Shown in pieces: positions 41,894-46,037 of a DNA stretch of 46,037 bases. How positions within the stretch are numbered: the first letter of the stretch is position 1; the number at the start of each line of letters is the position of its first letter. The stretch is from Escherichia phage ClaudiaMuster_Bas77. The position numbers and the translations under genes were made by a program. The stretch lies in sequence record PQ850598.1; one strand, 5' to 3'. The notes beneath the pieces are model-generated. The model searched no databases. It was not told the origin of the DNA and saw nothing but the letters and a program-made list of their open reading frames with translations.

Positions 41894-43470
41894 TTCAACC
41901 CCCTCATAAATCTCATGCGCTTAACAGCAGCAGAAAGATAATTTCTAACCGTTGAGTTCATTCGCAGTCCATCCCATGAACCATCGCTGCACATCTTAAT
42001 CGCTCTTGGGTTATCTCTGTCCAGCATTAGTGGTGAATGCTTATTCTCCTCAATCGCAAGAAGAACCTCATAAACAAATTTATCAGGTGTTAGTGTGATG
42101 TTATTAGAGTCAGCAGAATTAATTATCTTTTTAATTCTATCACGACACAGCTTGTTCTTTATAACAGACAAGTAAGGCGTTTTAATGAATGCCTGTGACT
42201 CACAAATTCGCTTAATTTTTTCTACAATGTTCTCCCATTCAGTATTTTCAAGTCCATCAAACTCCTGTTCGCCCTCAAGGAATCTTTGCAGACCAGCGAG
42301 ATGCTCAAGAACCACGATATATCCCCATTCGACATGCTCCATCGTAACTGCTGGCGTCATTCCACGGCGACTTGACAGATCTGCGTAAGCCGCAAGAGTT
42401 GCAAGGTCTACAATCATCAGCCCCATGCGCGGGATAACGTCACCAACAACACCATCGCGATCGCCAAGCTCACTTTCCAGTTTCATAGACAGAGATCTGT
42501 GCAGCTTTTTCACTTCATCATCAGCCCATACAGCGTTAGTTTTCGCGGTAAGAATCCTACCTTTCCACTCATTGATTATTTTTCTTGAAATTGTGCCGCT
42601 AACTTCCACATCCTTCATCGCTGGCATTTCCTCACCAGCAAGATGTCCAAGCTGGAACAGCACTCGCCCCATACCGCCATCTTTCTGCCATGAACGCGCA
42701 GCATCTATTCCCTGCTCTGGAGTGACAGTAATCAGCGGAACAAATTTTGCGTTTTCAATTCCACCGTCTTTTGTTGCAATTTCGTATTCATTCATTGCCG
42801 ACTTGAGCGCGCGACCAACGCTGTGGTCCATCATCGCAAGGCGCTTATAATCTATGACGCCTTTACCATCATCACCACCAGTGAGTGGAACTATCCATCC
42901 CTCAGCGCTTGCTGCCGCCATAATGCGTTTTGGGTTTTGTTCCCAAGTAAGGTTTTCAAGCAACTCCTTTATTATTGGCCTGTTAGGAACCCACACTCCG
43001 CCGTCAGTAAGACCTCTATACCACGCCATAGTGCCGCCAAGATATGCATTACGCGGGTTGTTCCAGTCTTCAAGATGTTGCTTATCATCGTTCACAACGT
43101 AGAGCAAAGACCCACCTCCAGCAATAAGGTCTAACTGCATCTGTTTTGTCGAGGTTGATTTAGATGCGCAAACTCTGGACCCTATTCCCAGCGCGTTGGC
43201 ATATGCCCTGACGAAACTCACCGGCGCACCCTTACCTGCACCAGAGCGAGCTACCAGAAATATGCCGGTATTGCAGATACTACCTGTTGGACCAATCAAA
43301 TATCGGCCAGCCATCGCCTGAGTAAGGCCCAATGCACCAGTTAAACGATACCTCTCACCATCATTACGGCGCTCAAAGTTTTTCGCAATCTCATCCATAA
43401 ACTCACCAAGTGCACCAGGAGCATCCCTATTCATACCCATAGCCATGGACTCAAAATCAATAGCGCCCAT
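41890..43470 (-). CDS. large hypothetical protein with P-loop-like motif
   Basis: Track ORF 41890..43485; ATG at 43470 overlaps upstream stop; ARSGAGKGA glycine-rich loop; no confident family. Confidence 0.45.
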   Translation of the reverse strand: MGAIDFESMAMGMNRDAPGALGEFMDEIAKNFERRNDGERYRLTGALGLTQAMAGRYLIGPTGSICNTGIFLVARSGAGKGAPVSFVRAYANALGIGSRVCASKSTSTKQMQLDLIAGGGSLLYVVNDDKQHLEDWNNPRNAYLGGTMAWYRGLTDGGVWVPNRPIIKELLENLTWEQNPKRIMAAASAEGWIVPLTGGDDGKGVIDYKRLAMMDHSVGRALKSAMNEYEIATKDGGIENAKFVPLITVTPEQGIDAARSWQKDGGMGRVLFQLGHLAGEEMPAMKDVEVSGTISRKIINEWKGRILTAKTNAVWADDEVKKLHRSLSMKLESELGDRDGVVGDVIPRMGLMIVDLATLAAYADLSSRRGMTPAVTMEHVEWGYIVVLEHLAGLQRFLEGEQEFDGLENTEWENIVEKIKRICESQAFIKTPYLSVIKNKLCRDRIKKIINSADSNNITLTPDKFVYEVLLAIEENKHSPLMLDRDNPRAIKMCSDGSWDGLRMNSTVRNYLSAAVKRMRFMRGLK

Positions 43471-43760
43471 CAATATACCCTCCATACTCGCAAGAATTTG
43501 CCAGGGATAATACCTTGTTTCACAGTTACCACCGCACCAGCCCTGTCAGCCTCAATTTTTATCGCCTTCTGAAGTGACGTCATTGTCATCTGAAAACCTC
43601 GCTCTATATCGTATGCGTAGCACCCATCTCTTCCACCAATCAAAATTGAAGTTGAATACCCGTTCTCAAAGTAAAACTGACACCCATCAGGAGCTGTAAG
43701 ATTATTTATCACGTCGTGAGCAAGAGATGTCGTGACAGGGAATATCTGAGCGCAACTCAT
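43470..43760 (-). CDS. hypothetical protein (96 aa)
   Basis: Track ORF 43470..43772; ATG at 43760 with GGAGGTAGGT RBS. Confidence 0.45.
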   Translation of the reverse strand: MSCAQIFPVTTSLAHDVINNLTAPDGCQFYFENGYSTSILIGGRDGCYAYDIERGFQMTMTSLQKAIKIEADRAGAVVTVKQGIIPGKFLRVWRVY

Positions 43761-43762
43761 AC

Positions 43763-44002
43763 CTACCTCCACCCCATGTGTAACAATAAAATTTCGTCTT
43801 TATCAACATTCACCAACACCTTGATACCCATATCCATTGAAACAATACTGACATTTGTTCGAAAACTCGGTAACCCCATCGCGCGCGCACGTTCCCAATC
43901 TTCACCACAAACAAACCACCCATCATGCGTTCTCCTCAGGCGCTTAAGTAACCCGTACACCCACTCAAGATTTGACCCTTTACGGTAATTTAGTTCTTTC
44001 AT
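43763..44002 (-). CDS. hypothetical protein (79 aa)
   Basis: Track ORF 43763..44056; ATG at 44002 with GGAGATGGAGG RBS (MKELNYRKGSNLEW...). Confidence 0.45.
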   Translation of the reverse strand: MKELNYRKGSNLEWVYGLLKRLRRTHDGWFVCGEDWERARAMGLPSFRTNVSIVSMDMGIKVLVNVDKDEILLLHMGWR

Positions 44003-44099
44003 ACTTACCTCCATCTCCAGTGACTCTAATTTTATATAAATAAAAAAGATATGCAATTCTAATATGTGCTGGCTGTACAGTTTGGCTAATTTTTGCTCG

Positions 44100-44510
44100 A
44101 TTTATACCGTCTTTACCTGGTTTTTACCGTGCTATTTTTGATGCAACTAATTGATTAATAAGATTTTACCGGTTTTACCGGATTTCTTAAGTGGTATTTT
44201 AATTATTAAGATTGGCAGTGTATTAATTTGATCTAATTTTAATAAACTTAAATAAAATCAATATATTAATATGAATGAATAACTTACTTACCTCTATAGA
44301 ATTTACCGGGTAAAACCGGTAACTCCTCCGCAAGCCGCGCCATTGCTGGCTTCATTTTTACCACCTGTAGGTAAATACAGTAGTTTTTAAGTGATAATTG
44401 TTTTGGTAAGCTGTTGATTACCGGTGCTTTATTTAAAAAACCGGCATTTACCGGTATTTTGTGGAGTGATTAATAAGTGCGCAATTAGTCCTTGTTTACC
44501 AGAATCAACA
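44100..44510. repeat. iteron array (TTTACCGG core, at least 9 copies) flanking an AT-rich core
   Basis: Copies near 44112, 44122, 44163-44186 (tandem pair), 44301-44328 (palindromic pair), 44354, 44416, 44436-44459 (pair) and 44493; AT-rich stretch 44200-44290; no ORF. Confidence 0.6.
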
Positions 44511-44530
44511 AGTGCGAAACCTAAATAATG

Positions 44531-44559
44531 TTGACGTAGAAACATCATTGATGTAGATT
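44531..44559 (+). promoter_or_regulatory. sigma70-like promoter (TTGACG-17-TAGATT)
   Basis: TTGACG, 17-nt spacer, TAGATT about 30 nt upstream of the 44590 ATG; contains GACGTAGAAAC and GATGTAGATTG motif copies. Confidence 0.55.
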
Positions 44560-44589
44560 GAACTCATCGGAACAAACGAGGGTGAAGAG

Positions 44590-44775
44590 ATGAACAAAGA
44601 AAGCACGTACAGCATCGACCAGATGAAGTTGTTCAGCGATATATGCATGGCATTGTCACAACAGGTTCCAAGTCTACCTGCTGATATGCGCTCAAATGCC
44701 ATCATTGATGCGGCAAACATGATTTGTGAGGCATATGCTATGACTGAAGATGAATATAAGGCATCGAAGAAATGA
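44590..44775 (+). CDS. hypothetical protein (61 aa)
   Basis: Track ORF with GAGGGTGAAGAG RBS. Confidence 0.5.
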   Translation: MNKESTYSIDQMKLFSDICMALSQQVPSLPADMRSNAIIDAANMICEAYAMTEDEYKASKK

Positions 44776-44867
44776 CAGGCGCAGCATTCGAGCTTATCTC
44801 CAGTCTGGTTATCGTGGCATTCATCATTATCGCAGTGGCGGTTTCTAAATCAGGGTATAAGGAGTAA
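44772..44867 (+). CDS. small membrane peptide (31 aa)
   Basis: Hand-translated: MTGAAFELISSLVIVAFIIIAVAVSKSGYKE; ATGA overlap with upstream stop. Confidence 0.35.
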   Translation: MTGAAFELISSLVIVAFIIIAVAVSKSGYKE

Positions 44868-44870
44868 CAA

Positions 44871-45053
44871 ATGGCAAAGACTATCTATCGTCGCGAGAAA
44901 CTGGAGCCTGAACTCGGTCACGTTGGCGCGCAAAACTTTATGAGCAAGCAGGCACGCAATGCAATGGAATCTATACGCGTGAATCGCGTTGTGCGCGTGT
45001 TTAACGGTGAAGGTAAGCGAAGAGTAATGGATGAACTGATTATCGTATTTTGA
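44871..45053 (+). CDS. hypothetical protein (60 aa)
   Basis: Track ORF with strong AAGGAG RBS. Confidence 0.55.
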   Translation: MAKTIYRREKLEPELGHVGAQNFMSKQARNAMESIRVNRVVRVFNGEGKRRVMDELIIVF

Positions 45054-45089
45054 CATCGATTCAGCAGGCTTATTTCTAATGGTGATGAT

Positions 45090-45317
45090 ATGGAAAAAGT
45101 AAAAACATACGAGTTCTGGTTTGTGCAGAACAAAATGTATGCAAGCAGGACAATCAAGAGAGTCAGCTGGTGGAATAAGTGGTTAATCCTCTCCGGCTGC
45201 ATCGTGCTGGCAAAGTGCAAATTCAAAGCGATTGACATCACTGATGAAAACGCACTCAAAATCGCAAAGATTGTGTTTGAAGAGGATGGCTATTACGAAG
45301 AAATTATGGGGGGTTAG
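45090..45317 (+). CDS. hypothetical protein (75 aa)
   Basis: Track ORF. Confidence 0.5.
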   Translation: MEKVKTYEFWFVQNKMYASRTIKRVSWWNKWLILSGCIVLAKCKFKAIDITDENALKIAKIVFEEDGYYEEIMGG

Positions 45318-45320
45318 GGT

Positions 45321-45602
45321 ATGAGTGAAGTTAAAACGTATGCAGTAAACTGCAACGACGCGTGGCTTAATACAGATGGTGATGACATCTCTGGCTCATA
45401 TGTTAAGTATGCTGATTACGCAGCTCTTCAAGCTAAATGCGATGAGCTACTTAAAGAAATTAAAAACATGCAGGACCAAGCCCTTGATGATGGATGCCGA
45501 ATTACAGAGCTTGAAGAAGCCTTGCAAGATAAGCAGGCACTAATTCCTGATGAGCACGACACCACCGCTCTGCAATTCGAAAGCCTGGCTAAAAGTGAAT
45601 AG
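45321..45602 (+). CDS. hypothetical acidic coiled-coil protein (93 aa)
   Basis: Track ORF with GGGGGTTAGGGT RBS. Confidence 0.5.
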   Translation: MSEVKTYAVNCNDAWLNTDGDDISGSYVKYADYAALQAKCDELLKEIKNMQDQALDDGCRITELEEALQDKQALIPDEHDTTALQFESLAKSE

Positions 45603-45665
45603 CCACCCATTCATATTAATTATCAGTGCGCTCTATGTGGCGCACGCTTTAGTGGAGGAATACAT

Positions 45666-45773
45666 ATGACCAGACACCAACGACGAAAGCACACCACTGG
45701 CGCTAAAATATTTCTTGCTGTTTATGTGCTGGCATTGGTAGCAGCTATCGCAGGAGTAGTGCATTATGTTTAA
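45666..45773 (+). CDS. small membrane peptide (35 aa)
   Basis: Hand-translated: MTRHQRRKHTTGAKIFLAVYVLALVAAIAGVVHYV; GGAGG RBS. Confidence 0.4.
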   Translation: MTRHQRRKHTTGAKIFLAVYVLALVAAIAGVVHYV

Positions 45774-45945
45774 CGATATCAGTGACGCAATGCAAAACAT
45801 GTGGGAACGATACTGGAACAGCATGAAGACGTGTCACTACATGATGGTACAGATAGGTAATTACATTGAGGTTGTGCCTGATACTGGTGTTCACAACATT
45901 AAGTGCATGTGTTCTACGAGGGCTTTTGCGAATGCAAACAACTAA
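45766..45945 (+). CDS. hypothetical protein (59 aa)
   Basis: Hand-translated: MFNDISDAMQNMWERYWNSMKTCHYMMVQIGNYIEVVPDTGVHNIKCMCSTRAFANANN. Confidence 0.4.
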   Translation: MFNDISDAMQNMWERYWNSMKTCHYMMVQIGNYIEVVPDTGVHNIKCMCSTRAFANANN

Positions 45946-46037
45946 GCATAAAGTCTGGCAACTCGCCAAACAACACGAATTAGACGATTTCATCGCGAAG
46001 GTTGCAAAGACATTCCCTGACGCGCTTGAAGTCGTTC
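45932..46037 (+). CDS. hypothetical protein, 3'-truncated at window edge
   Basis: ATG at 45932 (MQTTKHKVWQLAKQHELDDFIAKVAKTFPDALEVV...) runs off the end of the window. Confidence 0.3.
   Translation, partial: MQTTKHKVWQLAKQHELDDFIAKVAKTFPDALEVV

Noticed and set aside
44100-44510. Possible CRISPR array suggested by the repeated TTTACCGG elements
   Set aside because: Repeats are only ~8 bp, irregularly spaced, partly palindromic and embedded in AT-rich DNA; no regular repeat-spacer periodicity and no cas genes. Interpreted as iterons.

Overview
The window reads as a near-complete, possibly whole, ~46-kb genome of a tailed siphovirus-type phage of an enterobacterial host. All calls are by eye from the sequence and ORF track; no database search was run. 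Host assignment rests on a lambda R-like endolysin, an E. coli DnaN-like fragment and a Lar-like protein, all recognised from memory. Plus-strand structural modules run in order: HNH endonuclease, terminase small and large subunits, portal, Mu F-like head morphogenesis protein, lysis cassette (endolysin, holin-like protein, Rz with embedded Rz1), scaffold-like protein, major capsid, head-tail joining proteins, major tail protein with Ig-like domain, tape measure, gpM/L/K/I-J-like tail tip proteins and a pectate-lyase-fold tailspike. A minus-strand replication/recombination module follows (SSB, Sak4-like ATPase, PD-(D/E)XK exonuclease, HNH-AP2 homing endonuclease, VRR-NUC, SF2 helicase, divergent Zn-ribbon primase-like gene). 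The structural block is interrupted by four compact minus-strand accessory cassettes bounded by hairpin terminators and divergent promoters. The most unusual is at 16967-19738: a truncated beta-sliding-clamp (DnaN) homolog, a minimal C5-cytosine methyltransferase and a DGQHR/ParB-like protein. Other notable signals are a TCTAC-core motif recurring at essentially all promoter regions, a TTTACCGG iteron array with an AT-rich core (candidate origin), a Lar-like anti-restriction gene inside a block of small genes, and a ~650-bp ORF-poor region with a long inverted repeat. No integrase, repressor, tRNA or CRISPR array was recognised, which favours a virulent lifestyle. Gene starts were adjusted from the ORF track where an ATG with a Shine-Dalgarno sequence was evident; motif coordinates are hand-counted and may be off by a few bases.
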